From the IMG/VR virus record IMGVR_UViG_3300025358_000006, positions 1 through 63,289 of that record: a stretch of 63,289 bases of DNA. The stretch is one strand, 5' to 3'. Under the pieces are notes generated by a model, which did no database searches, had not been told where the DNA came from, and worked only from the letters and a program-made list of their open reading frames with translations. The stretch's first letter is position 1. Each line of letters opens with the position of its first letter. This document shows positions 41,601-49,537 of the stretch, in pieces. The position numbers were made by a program, and so were the translations under genes. The DNA comes from a virus (taxonomy: Duplodnaviria > Caudoviricetes).

Positions 41601-44600
41601 CACATTGACTGGTGCTCTAACAGTAGCAGGCGGTGTTGGTATTGGTGAGGATACATGGATCGGCGGTAACTTACACCTATTAGGCGATCTATATGTTGAC
41701 GGTACACAAACAATCGTTAACACAACAAACATTCAAACTGGCGACAAAGTAATATACCTAAGTACAGGATCATCTAACGCAACACTAGCTTCTAGTGCAG
41801 GTATTTCAGTAGGCGCTCCTGGCAACGTATTTGCAAGTTTAGCATTTGACGGTATTAGTTCTTGGCAATCATTAGGTAATCTAGTTCCAACAACAAGTGG
41901 TGGATTTAACTTAGGTAGTCCAACACTTCCATGGAGCACAGCATACGTTCAATTCTCACGCATGAGTGGTGGTACACAATCAACGACAGCCACCAATGGT
42001 ACATTGGTTGTAACCGGGGGTGTTGGTGTTAGTGGGAACCTAAACATTGGTACAAGTGCTACTGTTGCAAGTCAGTTGTTTAATTTAGTACAGGCTAATG
42101 TAACACAAAATGCTTTCTATGTAGCAGGTGGTGTTGGTACACAATATCTAAACGTTGCTCAGACTGCTTACGTTGCAGGTAGTCCAGTTATTACAGCGGC
42201 TAACATTGCGGGATATCAATTCAGCGGTGGTACAATTACAGGTATCCTAACAAGTACAAATACAACTTCGGCGTTCTCAACACAGTCTGGCGCTATTCAA
42301 ATACAGGGCGGTATTGCTACAGGTAACAACTTGTGGGTAGGCAACGCCGCGATGATTCTAGGCACTACATCAAGTGCTGTATCAACAACAAGCAACGCAT
42401 TACAAGTTGTTGGCGGTATTGGTGCTTATAGTATCTATCTAGCAAATAACGGCTACATTAACGGATCACAGATCGTTACTGCGGCAACAATTAACAATTT
42501 CTCCGGTGGTACCATTAACAGCTCGTTAACTATCAATAGTTCAACACAAGCTGTAAGTACTGTAACAGGAGCATTCCAAGTTATAAATGGCGGTGTTGGT
42601 ATAGGTGGAAACATTTATACAGGTGGATTAGGTAGTTTTGGTACTACTGCTAATCAACAAGTAACACTAGGTACTACTGCTACAGGTAGCTTACAAGTAC
42701 TTGGCGGTGCAAGCATCACAGGTGGATTGCAGGCTGGTACAAATGCCGCTAGTTCATACTTTGGCGGTAACGTTGGTATTCAAACAACCAACCCACAACA
42801 AGCACTTGAAGTCAACGGTAATATTGTAAGTGGAGCATATAACAGTTCACGTGTACAAATTACAAGTGGCGGTGGATCAAATGCAATCTACGAAGTTCAA
42901 GGTAGTGAATCTGGATACCGTTGGCAAATTGGTAGTAACTTAGTTACTATTGGCGTGTCTGGTATGGGCTTCATGAACCAGAATCAAACATTATCAGGCG
43001 GCGGCGCGGCAATTGGTGCAGTTAGCGGATTATCAGGCAACTTAGGTTTATATACAAGCAACGGTAGTGCATTAACATTACGCAGTTTGATTGATACTTC
43101 GGGTAACATGATACTTGGTATCGCAGGACCTACAACACCATTAGCTAAATTAGATGTTCGTGGTAGCTTCCGTGCTCAAAGTGGTAACGCAGAACACGTA
43201 TTCTTATCTAACAATTCGAGTCAGTATGTTGCGATAGACATAACAAGAACAAATACAGGTAACACAGCAGATTTCCGTATAGGTATAAATGGATCTGCAG
43301 GAAACTTTAGCCCAAGCGCAGGTCAGGGAGATGTTAACTTAGCGTTCTCAAGCAATTTATATTACTCAGTACAAAATACATACGAAGTAGGTAAGTGGAC
43401 TCCAACTGGACTAGTTGTTACTACTTCTACTATTGCAACTTCTCCAAGTACTGGTGCATTACAAGTACAGGGCGGAGTGGGTGTTACCGGCAATTTATAT
43501 GTTGGTTCTGCTTCTAGCTTCACTGGTGCTGTTTATATTGCATCATCAGTAGCAACTACAAGTAGTAAATCTCCTAATGCATTAGTTGTTAGTGGAGGCA
43601 TTGGTGCTTCTAGCTTATGGTTAGATAATCCAGGATGGATTAATGGTTATCAAATTGTTACAACAGCTAACATTGGATCATTTACTGGTGCGTTTAACGG
43701 TGGTACTGTAACCAATCCGATCTATATTGCAAACTCTGCTAATGCTACTTCAACAAGCACAGGGGCCCTATACACATTAGGTGGTATTGCATCGTCTAAA
43801 GATTTATGGGTCGGTGGTGTGTCAACACATGTTGGCGCAACAATATTACAATCTTCATTAACAGTAAGTGGTGTTGCTACATTCTTAAGTACAGCTTCTA
43901 GTACAGTAAGCACAACAAGTAACGCATTACAAGTATTAGGTGGCCTAGGAGTTAATAGCACTATATACTCAGTAGGAGATCATTTCATTGGTAACATGCG
44001 TGTTGGTCTTGGTGGCGGCGCAGTTGCAACTAACATCGCAGTTGGATCGGGCGCAATTAGTAGCGCGGCAACGGGCGGATACAATATCGCAGTCGGTTAT
44101 AATGCGTTGACCAGTTTAACTTCTGGACAATACAACATTGGTGTTGGTCTACAAGCATTACAAAATGCAGGTGCCGCTACTAACAGCGTAGCAATTGGTT
44201 CACAAGCACTAAGTGGAGCGACTCCAAGCAGTTCTGGTGTTGCTATAGGTTATCAATCTGCACAATACGCACAAGGATCTAACATAGTTGCAGTAGGTCA
44301 AGGTGCTCTAGCAGGCGTAACTGGAACAAACACAGGCGGAAGTAACTCTGCGTTTGGTTATCAAGCAGGTACTGCTATTACTAGCGGTGCAAGAAACGTA
44401 TTGATTGGTTATCAAACTGGTCTAACATTAGCCGGCGGATCACAGAACGTATTAGTTGGTTATCAAGCAGGCCAAGGTATTACATCAGGCGGTAACAACG
44501 TTGTTATCGGTGGTAACAGCGGAGCATCAATTGCTACATCAAACAACAACGTTATTATTTCAGACGGTGCTGGAAACTTAGTATTCAGTGCAAACAGCAC

Positions 44601-46164
44601 ACAAGCAGTTACAATACCTGGTCAAACAAGTATTACTAATGCTACAACAGCAAGTTCAACGCTAACTGGCGCACTTGTTATCACAGGTGACATGGGTGTA
44701 CGTGATATCTATGCACGTAACATTTACGCTAACGGATCATTAGTTGGATCAGGTGGTGGAGGTGGAGGTGGTTCATCTACATCGACACCTTACATTGTTG
44801 TAACCAGTGGTACAGTTGCAATATCAACCGGTACTGGTGCATTCCAATCATATGGTGGCGGTTCATTATACGGAAATCTATTTGTTGGTCAGAAACTAGT
44901 TGTCAACAAAGCATATGACGACAGCGGATCATTTGTACAAGTCGGTGGTTCTATTGAAAGTACTGCTAACGTATCTGGCGCATCAATATATGCATCCGGT
45001 GGTAACAACTACTTGTACTACTCACAAGACTGGTCAGCAAGTAATACAAACTGGACTAAAGGCAACTCAGCCGCGGGACTAAATGCTACAACAAGTCCAG
45101 ATGGTACAACTGATGCTACCTTACTAACAGAATCTGGTGCAACTGGTAACCACTATTTCCAACAGGCATTAACTGGTTACGCAGGACCGATAACATTTAG
45201 TATCTATGCAAAAGCAAATACACGTACTTACATTGCATTATACTGCAATTCAGGTGGTTCACAACATGGTGTTTACTTTAACCTAAGCACAGGCGCATAC
45301 CAAGTTGGTCCAAGCCCGGTGTATCAAGTAACTGGTAAGATTGACTCAGTTGGATATAATGGCTGGTACCGTTGTCAAATGACTGTTTGGGCTAGCCCAG
45401 CAGGACAGACAACTACAGTTGGTGTATATTCTGCACAAGGTTATGATACTGCTATTAGTGGAAGCAACACAAGCTTCACAGGTACTGGCGGAGCAGGAGC
45501 ATATATTTGGGGAGCGCAAGCCGAACCAAGCTATACAGCTGGACCATACCAATTAAACACAAATGCACAAACAATAACCAGCAACAATATCTATGCAGGT
45601 GGTAGCTTATACATTGCCAACACAGCAACAGTTAACAACGCACAGGTAATTACAACTGCTACATTGATGAGCAACTTAGGCTTGTATGGCTCTTCACCAA
45701 ACAGTTTAACTATCGCAAGCGGTGTACAATCAACATCAACAGTAACAGGTTCGTTGATTATTACTAACGGTGGTATTGGCGTAGGTGGCAACATTTATGC
45801 AGGTGGATCGTTATATGCGACAACCAAGTCGTTCTTGATCGATCACCCAACAAAACAAGGTTGGAAATTACAATACGGATCATTAGAAGGACCAGAGAAT
45901 GGTGTTTATGTACGTGGTAAGTTAGAAGGTCGAATAATACAACTTCCAGATTACTGGACAGGATTGGTTGATATGGACACTATTACTGTTGACCTAACAC
46001 CTATCGGCAAGTTCCAGAAATTGTATGTAGAAAGCATTGATACTATACATGGACAGATCTTCATTGACAATGGTTCAATGTTAGGCGGCCCTTGCAAGTG
46101 CTTCTACACAGTATGGGCAGAACGTAAAGATATTGGAAAACTTAACACGGAGTTTAAAGGATAA
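32599..46164 (+). CDS. Giant (4521 aa) multidomain tail fibre/adhesin
   Basis: Many STxTGALxVxGGVGIG repeats; beta-helix scaffold (~34980-36790) with an inserted LamG/ConA domain; YadA-head-like N.AVG..AL repeats (~44030-44560); CBM-like domain (~45000-45580); C-terminal KSFLIDHP...LEGPE chaperone-like domain. Confidence 0.8.
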   Translation: MAYTDDFIVKNGLVVRATNLANYNSTSTQTGAITTPGGLGIGGNAYIGGQLNVLTSATLAELQVNDVAKILSSAINTATISAAGNALQVTGGIFAAAINISGTAFVKGSQVLTQADGFKGGVISQPLIINTTTNSTSTQTGALVTPGGVGIGQDLWVGGIVTATGAMYSLGYQVPTLLTVTAGTGLAGGGTLSATNAVITLSNAGVLSLQASTGININTSTGNITITNIGVQQVTAGTDIQLSTSTGSVLISDISTLQSVTARGSISNQIITLTTTTANAGVVYSTNSNALNVLGGASFGSINVLNTSYQGGAQLVTTSTINQFIGGTIRNPLDIENTTDAVNTQTGALIVAGGVGIGRDLFVGKTLNVNGNATIYGSLNVLGTYTTVTVNSTQTYIESPLIDIGTGPNDSVLSINDTLDRGIVIHYNTGSSTLFDNHAFIGRRSSSGELVFLTDIQPGGTTEVLTNPLAGGNYGNVRFGVLNLVGGNPSTGYGTGDLIVTGGGSFNGSLYSTAIYDYGHRVLNSTSITTGTGISASITTTATGVIVTLTNIGVTSLIPGSGIYVNGGVNSATGVVTISNAGVISLSTSSTNNDLLITGQLTGNLVIQNQATLQTVTSRGNTSSYQVILNNSGASITNSSTNALYLAGQGGTGPGGIYAYSIMLASKSTINGSEILTTGTINNSLGGIIPNAIHITSSTVSVSTQTGSLIVDAGVGFGSNLNVQGPLVVNQNFSAGGTSSVGGNSTVGGNLYTTGTLFVGTITSPNANLYLSTSTGGSTGAIYANNVNLTYYLANVYYVQSNGSDSNDGLRESTAFATIAHALSVVQSGGTIIVGAGTFTENFPLTVPQGVTIRGSGIRSTVIQPTSGTNTNDGFLLNGETTISDFVVSGYYSPGYGVKFANGCKITTKSPYLERISFITKGSTTTSTDPYGYNAGNAGNGAYLDASILNANSLEPTMLFNEVTFIVPAATGMYMTNGVRAEIVNTFFYFAAKAINAQAGSAGVASLGRTRLKLSNVSGTFTAGDTIHYVDPLGSPIATGTIASNDGTYVYISGAVWGFAPAVSGTAKVVTPYGNVQTVTSLEKFGTASAAFSATTNDYLQILSDTSMQFGNGAYTIESFIYVTSVGGTQVIWNKGNPNSPSTSFGVRINSSGVLVAEHGTSILTGSTVLSTSAWHHVALVRNPSNNTVTLFLDGNVEASVSSVVASVNNTDPFDIGADSTNGQWYYTGNIDEFRVSNVVRYTTSFSIPSAAFGYDIDTVFLMHMDGANAGTNFPTDATQVQNIYSTGNSPASAKQVQLADYHQFGAELRSIGSAAVFGNQGVIANGTGTDLKLIAFNMSFIGAGGDITDDASLTVQANEVIQTNGGKVFYQTVDQNGDFRVGNSFYVSQATGAVSFGNANLNLTSLASLQISNGTNATTILPGSVSAGEMFISGNTLGSSAGNININPAGTYTIVQSNLQVNGGFSVQTLTIPGSADSTSTTTGALQVTGGVGIGGDVYIAGTLSNVNAIAGNAVSVPNGGIGAQTLYIATQGFINNAKIVTTATIGNVLGGNVPNALYITTTTDSVSTNTGAFTVAGGVGIAKNVYVGGLVEQNNGMNVLSSLTLALVGLAGSVSYSGVTATLSLNNIGVTQIIAGTDISVSQNTGTVTINDTATLQSVTDRGFTTTNAINVTNASFSTSTIAGNAISVTNGGIGAKYLYLDTAGYIQGSQILTTGNASSSFPGQINTPLYIANSTNAINTQTGALTVLGGVGIGKDVYIGGSTYISGDLYVDGSNTVVNTTSLQTGDKTITLSTGSANAAVAGGSGLQIGYSTSTLWASFLFDGVGNWNSTAGINPTLDIQQSLGTPTARWNMTAGTVTFTTATTTSTQWNTTTVSSNALSLPNGGIGVAHLYVTSDAWVGTGKVITSSNLSQYTQVFNGGTINQPLIETDQTQSASTQTGALQVAGGVGIGKNLYVGGNNITLGSSYTTGSVYASAVYDSNNRVITNINLSAGTGISFGSASLAGPNPTLTVTNIGVTGVSVGAGLSVSTSTGNVLFVNTGVTSITAGTDTAITSHYGDIVLWNTSTLDSIAQRNGTTTATIVINNAAFTTTSIAGNALQVSGGIGASYLYLQTAGYINGSQIITTSTLNSFSGGAINNALQITNATEATSTTTGALQVTGGVGVGKSLWVGKDLHVLGDLFVDGTNTLVNSTSIQTGDKTITLSSASTLAGTATGSGIKVGASTTTFATLLFDGNSSWQSGASIVPASSLSYNLGSASLIWSNVYSANATITASTAASSTQSGVLQVAGGVGIGKQVYVGESINVNSIYASTTTQSGNSLGLAGGAFVGGTLAVGGIAWVQGAQVVTTNNPFDTVFTSVTQSFNTQSGALQVAGGVGIGGNLNITGQVNIANLTESTTTPSSNALVVSGGINADMININTIGTINGGIIITTSTIGNFAFNGGVINKPINITTTTVASSSITGALTVTGGVGIGGATYAYGTFTSQTTASFNRIQMVTATITGIFSSTSALVNTSTIAGNAIQVGGGIGTNYLNIKTAGWLNGSPILTAQTLNNYSGGTINNQLIINTGTQSVSTTTGALIVQNGGLGVGGNIWSGGSHNFIDPTFTSQGFFGPKSDLTAVQVGAYSNQPVDVLVNNNSVARFNTGVAGFGNTNPVFGIDLVTPNGQAGSANTISNLLSLVSTNWAVNFTADTPTFEITQTSYDGGNTFENWLSVGEQAAGIAQALVFAGGNYYNNSGLPTVTEWGRFTPTGNLILKNQIQANTEILNSSNNSTSTIAGNALQVTGGIGASHLYISQDGWIAGGKIITTANASSIAFNGGTITTPLYINTTTQSSSNITGALRVQGGAGINLNLNVGGVATMNGGLVSVNNTFTNINTSLLNSLNIGGNTTISTSTAAAGVTAGTAGLVVTGGVGINKNIIVNDTATILSSVASTTTIAGNALTLPNGGIGAVSLYLSQVGYINGAQIVTSSTINAFSGGSIANALNLSNLTNAVNTLTGALTVAGGVGIGEDTWIGGNLHLLGDLYVDGTQTIVNTTNIQTGDKVIYLSTGSSNATLASSAGISVGAPGNVFASLAFDGISSWQSLGNLVPTTSGGFNLGSPTLPWSTAYVQFSRMSGGTQSTTATNGTLVVTGGVGVSGNLNIGTSATVASQLFNLVQANVTQNAFYVAGGVGTQYLNVAQTAYVAGSPVITAANIAGYQFSGGTITGILTSTNTTSAFSTQSGAIQIQGGIATGNNLWVGNAAMILGTTSSAVSTTSNALQVVGGIGAYSIYLANNGYINGSQIVTAATINNFSGGTINSSLTINSSTQAVSTVTGAFQVINGGVGIGGNIYTGGLGSFGTTANQQVTLGTTATGSLQVLGGASITGGLQAGTNAASSYFGGNVGIQTTNPQQALEVNGNIVSGAYNSSRVQITSGGGSNAIYEVQGSESGYRWQIGSNLVTIGVSGMGFMNQNQTLSGGGAAIGAVSGLSGNLGLYTSNGSALTLRSLIDTSGNMILGIAGPTTPLAKLDVRGSFRAQSGNAEHVFLSNNSSQYVAIDITRTNTGNTADFRIGINGSAGNFSPSAGQGDVNLAFSSNLYYSVQNTYEVGKWTPTGLVVTTSTIATSPSTGALQVQGGVGVTGNLYVGSASSFTGAVYIASSVATTSSKSPNALVVSGGIGASSLWLDNPGWINGYQIVTTANIGSFTGAFNGGTVTNPIYIANSANATSTSTGALYTLGGIASSKDLWVGGVSTHVGATILQSSLTVSGVATFLSTASSTVSTTSNALQVLGGLGVNSTIYSVGDHFIGNMRVGLGGGAVATNIAVGSGAISSAATGGYNIAVGYNALTSLTSGQYNIGVGLQALQNAGAATNSVAIGSQALSGATPSSSGVAIGYQSAQYAQGSNIVAVGQGALAGVTGTNTGGSNSAFGYQAGTAITSGARNVLIGYQTGLTLAGGSQNVLVGYQAGQGITSGGNNVVIGGNSGASIATSNNNVIISDGAGNLVFSANSTQAVTIPGQTSITNATTASSTLTGALVITGDMGVRDIYARNIYANGSLVGSGGGGGGGSSTSTPYIVVTSGTVAISTGTGAFQSYGGGSLYGNLFVGQKLVVNKAYDDSGSFVQVGGSIESTANVSGASIYASGGNNYLYYSQDWSASNTNWTKGNSAAGLNATTSPDGTTDATLLTESGATGNHYFQQALTGYAGPITFSIYAKANTRTYIALYCNSGGSQHGVYFNLSTGAYQVGPSPVYQVTGKIDSVGYNGWYRCQMTVWASPAGQTTTVGVYSAQGYDTAISGSNTSFTGTGGAGAYIWGAQAEPSYTAGPYQLNTNAQTITSNNIYAGGSLYIANTATVNNAQVITTATLMSNLGLYGSSPNSLTIASGVQSTSTVTGSLIITNGGIGVGGNIYAGGSLYATTKSFLIDHPTKQGWKLQYGSLEGPENGVYVRGKLEGRIIQLPDYWTGLVDMDTITVDLTPIGKFQKLYVESIDTIHGQIFIDNGSMLGGPCKCFYTVWAERKDIGKLNTEFKG

Positions 46165-46167
46165 AAT

Positions 46168-46821
46168 ATGTCATTCACTATAGGACCTTCAATACCTCTA
46201 TCAAATCTAGTCTACTATCTAGATCCATTTAACATTAAAAGTTATTCGGGATCGGGTAGTACAGCGTATAATTTGATAGACAATCTGCCTTCAACTCTGT
46301 CATCTATCAGTTATGCAAGTGGTAGTTTTAGTAATGCTACAGCTGGCGCAATATCTAGTGGTGCTAGTTATAGCTTGAGTTTGACTAATGGATTTACTGT
46401 AATGCAGTTTTTAAATTTAAACAGTAGAACCGGTGGCTTCTTTAACTACATATCTGGATCAAACAGTATTAACTTGTACGCAGGTAACCTAACACAATTA
46501 CGTTGGGAAACATATGGTAGTGGCGGCGACTTATATTCAAACACGACGATTCCTCTAAATCAATGGCATTGTTGGACTTGTACTTTTGCAGGGGTTCCGA
46601 CTGGTGGACAAACAGCTACTAGTAGCATCTACTACAACGGAATACTAGATAATTCAGGAACACTGAGCGGTCCGTCAAGCAATAACTCAACATTCCAAGT
46701 TGGAGTTCAGTCAGGACCTTGTAATGGATTGATAGGTCCTACACTATTTTGGAACACAGCGTTGTCTGCGTCTCAGGTTCGTGCGTCCTATATCGCATTG
46801 AAGGGTAGATACGGTCTATAA
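46168..46821 (+). CDS. LamG/concanavalin-A-like lectin domain protein
   Basis: LVYYLDP.N..SYSGSGS N-terminus, NQWHCWTCT, YYNG, WNTALSASQV...Y.ALKGRYGL are typical LamG-like patterns. Confidence 0.75.
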   Translation: MSFTIGPSIPLSNLVYYLDPFNIKSYSGSGSTAYNLIDNLPSTLSSISYASGSFSNATAGAISSGASYSLSLTNGFTVMQFLNLNSRTGGFFNYISGSNSINLYAGNLTQLRWETYGSGGDLYSNTTIPLNQWHCWTCTFAGVPTGGQTATSSIYYNGILDNSGTLSGPSSNNSTFQVGVQSGPCNGLIGPTLFWNTALSASQVRASYIALKGRYGL

Positions 46822-46845
46822 TTTTAAGGTAAATATTGGAATAAT

Positions 46846-49515
46846 ATGGCATACAGCAATCGTAACATTATCATAACACCAAATATTGGTTCTAGCTCAG
46901 CAGAACCAATAATTGCGTACCAGGGCGGTGGCGCTTCGACTTCTGCTACACTTTTTTCACGTGTACTAGATTTAGGTACACTAAGTTTTGAAGCGACCGC
47001 AGGACAAGTGCAAACTGTCGGCGATGGCATGACAGGAAATTATTTCTATGTCTCTGATATCAGCGGTATTCCTAGTATTACAGTAAACAGCTCGGGTCTA
47101 ATACAGTTAGCTAACTATCAAGGTTATGTTACATTAGGTAACAATACACAATCGACAAGTACAGGTACAGGCGCACTACAGGTATTAGGTGGTGTTGGTA
47201 TTTCAGGAAATTTAAATATTGGTGGTTCATTTAGTTTACAGGCTAACTTAGGAGTAGGTGGAAGTTCAGGAAACTACGGGTTAACGATCAACACAACAAC
47301 CAACGTAGCAGAATTACTAACATACAATAATTCAACTGGTCTAGCATTACAAGTAGGTGCAAGCACATATCCGCTAGGCATTGGATTTAACAGTTATAAC
47401 AACATAGGTACAACCTATGTTATGGGCAACGGATACAACGCCCAACTACAATTAGGTGCATCCGGTGGTCTAAACTTTTATGTATCTGCATCAAGTCAAT
47501 CTGCAGGAGCAGTAGCAACACAGATTAATACTCTGCAAGTTAACTCAACACAAATACTAGTTCCTCAATCAACAGCGGCAACAAGCACATCAACAGGTGC
47601 TATCACTACGTATGGTGGTATTAGTTCTGGTGGTGCTCATTATGCAGGAGCAGATAGTTATTTTAACGGTCTAAGAGTTGGTCAAGGTAACTTAGCATCA
47701 ACTCCATCAAACACAGTCATTGGTGCAAGTGCAGGTGCAAGTTTAATTTCCGGTGGAACTTCAAATACATTAATTGGTTACAATTCAGGTAACGGTGTAA
47801 CCAGTGGTGGTAATAATACTTTCATTGGTTATAACACGGGCGCAACATTAGGTGCTGGCTCAAGCAATACCGGTATTGGTACTAGTGCATTGGCCAGTGC
47901 GGCAGGATCATCTGCACAAAATAATACAGCTATTGGTTATCGTGCATTAGGGTCTGGATCATTAGTAACCGGCGGCAATACTGCTGTTGGTACAAACGCA
48001 TTGCTATTAATGGCATCTGGTCAGAACAATACTGCTGTCGGTTACGGTGCAGGCTCAACAATTTCTAGTAACAATAACGGCGTGTTCATCGGTTATAACG
48101 CAGGTAATGCCGCAGGATATGATAACTGTGTTATTATTGGTAATAACAGCGGTGGTTCGTTAAGTGCCGCAGGCCAAATTATTATTGCAAATGGTGCAGG
48201 TACACAACGTTTGTTCATTGATGGTAGTGGTAACGTTACTGTAAGCGCAACAACAGCGGCTAGTGCAACATCGGGTGTTGGATCATTGATCGTATCCGGT
48301 GGTGCAAGTATTGCGTCTGGATTGAACCTAGGCGGTGCGCTATATGCAAACAACTCAGCAGGCACCAACGGTTATTATCTACAGACAACAGGTTCTGGTA
48401 TACAATGGGCGCAAGCTGGTATTACTATATCAAATATAACAACAGCTGGAACTTACTATCCAACATTTACTAACTCCGTAAGCGGAAACTTAACAACACT
48501 CGACGTAGATTCGGTTAGCTTGGTATTCAACCCGGGTAACGGTGCCGCAGGCGCAGTGCTATCTATGACAGGCAGTACTTCGGGTGGAACGGGTAACGGA
48601 GCATTTTATACTGGATTCCTTGGTGTGGGTGTTAGTACATCCAACGCAGTCAATAACGGTACTGTAATGCAGATCGGTTATTTGAATGGTTCAAATAACC
48701 TATTGCGTATAGGTGACGGCTCAAGCGGACAGACAGGTTATCGTTGGCGTGTTGATCAAACATACAACTGGATCGCAAACAGCGGTACTGGTGATAACTT
48801 CTCAGTATCAAGCACGAACGGTGCTGTAAGCACACCAGGTACAATTACAGTAACAGCATCTCAAGCAGGCGCAATCAATTTAGGTGCAAGCGGTACAGGT
48901 AACGGTGGCGACATCATTATTAAAAATACCTATCCAACTATATGTTTGCAAAATACTGCTTATAAAACTGCATACCTACATGCCAACAGTAATAATTTTT
49001 ATGTGCTAAGTGGTACGAATGGATCTGGAGCTGGTAATTATGCACAGGTTAATAGTCAATGGCCACTTTATATCGACCTAACTACAAATAACAATTATGT
49101 AGGTGGAACACTTTATGTAGTAGGCGATGCTTATACTGCAACATCAGATGAAAGACTTAAAAATATTGAAGCCCCAATCACTGATGCTATAGCAAAAATA
49201 ATGACCTTAGACGGTTTTTACTACACCGATAACGAAATAGCAACATCATTAGGGGTACAAGGCGGCCGTAGAAAATTAGGTTTAAGTGCTCAGAAACTTC
49301 AGGCAGTAATACCAGAAGTTGTAGTTCCTGCTCCGTTTGACAGAGATGAGCATACCGGAGAATCACGCACTGGCGAAAACTACTTAACAGCACAGTACGA
49401 GCGCATTGTACCGCTATTAGTTGAAGGTATTAAAGAACATGAGCGCACAATACAAGCACAACAAGCACAAATTGATGAATTAAAAGCATTAGTGCAACAA
49501 CTAATGAATAAATAA
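46846..49515 (+). CDS. Tail fibre protein with C-terminal intramolecular chaperone (peptidase S74)
   Basis: YadA-like NTAIG/NTAVG repeats; TSDERLKNI...GLSAQ...PEVV...YERIVPLLVEGIKE followed by a coiled coil; TAAATA at 46830-46835. Confidence 0.85.
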   Translation: MAYSNRNIIITPNIGSSSAEPIIAYQGGGASTSATLFSRVLDLGTLSFEATAGQVQTVGDGMTGNYFYVSDISGIPSITVNSSGLIQLANYQGYVTLGNNTQSTSTGTGALQVLGGVGISGNLNIGGSFSLQANLGVGGSSGNYGLTINTTTNVAELLTYNNSTGLALQVGASTYPLGIGFNSYNNIGTTYVMGNGYNAQLQLGASGGLNFYVSASSQSAGAVATQINTLQVNSTQILVPQSTAATSTSTGAITTYGGISSGGAHYAGADSYFNGLRVGQGNLASTPSNTVIGASAGASLISGGTSNTLIGYNSGNGVTSGGNNTFIGYNTGATLGAGSSNTGIGTSALASAAGSSAQNNTAIGYRALGSGSLVTGGNTAVGTNALLLMASGQNNTAVGYGAGSTISSNNNGVFIGYNAGNAAGYDNCVIIGNNSGGSLSAAGQIIIANGAGTQRLFIDGSGNVTVSATTAASATSGVGSLIVSGGASIASGLNLGGALYANNSAGTNGYYLQTTGSGIQWAQAGITISNITTAGTYYPTFTNSVSGNLTTLDVDSVSLVFNPGNGAAGAVLSMTGSTSGGTGNGAFYTGFLGVGVSTSNAVNNGTVMQIGYLNGSNNLLRIGDGSSGQTGYRWRVDQTYNWIANSGTGDNFSVSSTNGAVSTPGTITVTASQAGAINLGASGTGNGGDIIIKNTYPTICLQNTAYKTAYLHANSNNFYVLSGTNGSGAGNYAQVNSQWPLYIDLTTNNNYVGGTLYVVGDAYTATSDERLKNIEAPITDAIAKIMTLDGFYYTDNEIATSLGVQGGRRKLGLSAQKLQAVIPEVVVPAPFDRDEHTGESRTGENYLTAQYERIVPLLVEGIKEHERTIQAQQAQIDELKALVQQLMNK

Positions 49516-49537
49516 GAATAACAAGGAATTTACTACT

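Noticed and set aside
25966-46164. Periodic GGTGTTGGTATTGG-like DNA repeats as a CRISPR array
   Set aside because: They encode GGVGIG peptide repeats, are degenerate at third positions, irregularly spaced, and no cas genes are present.
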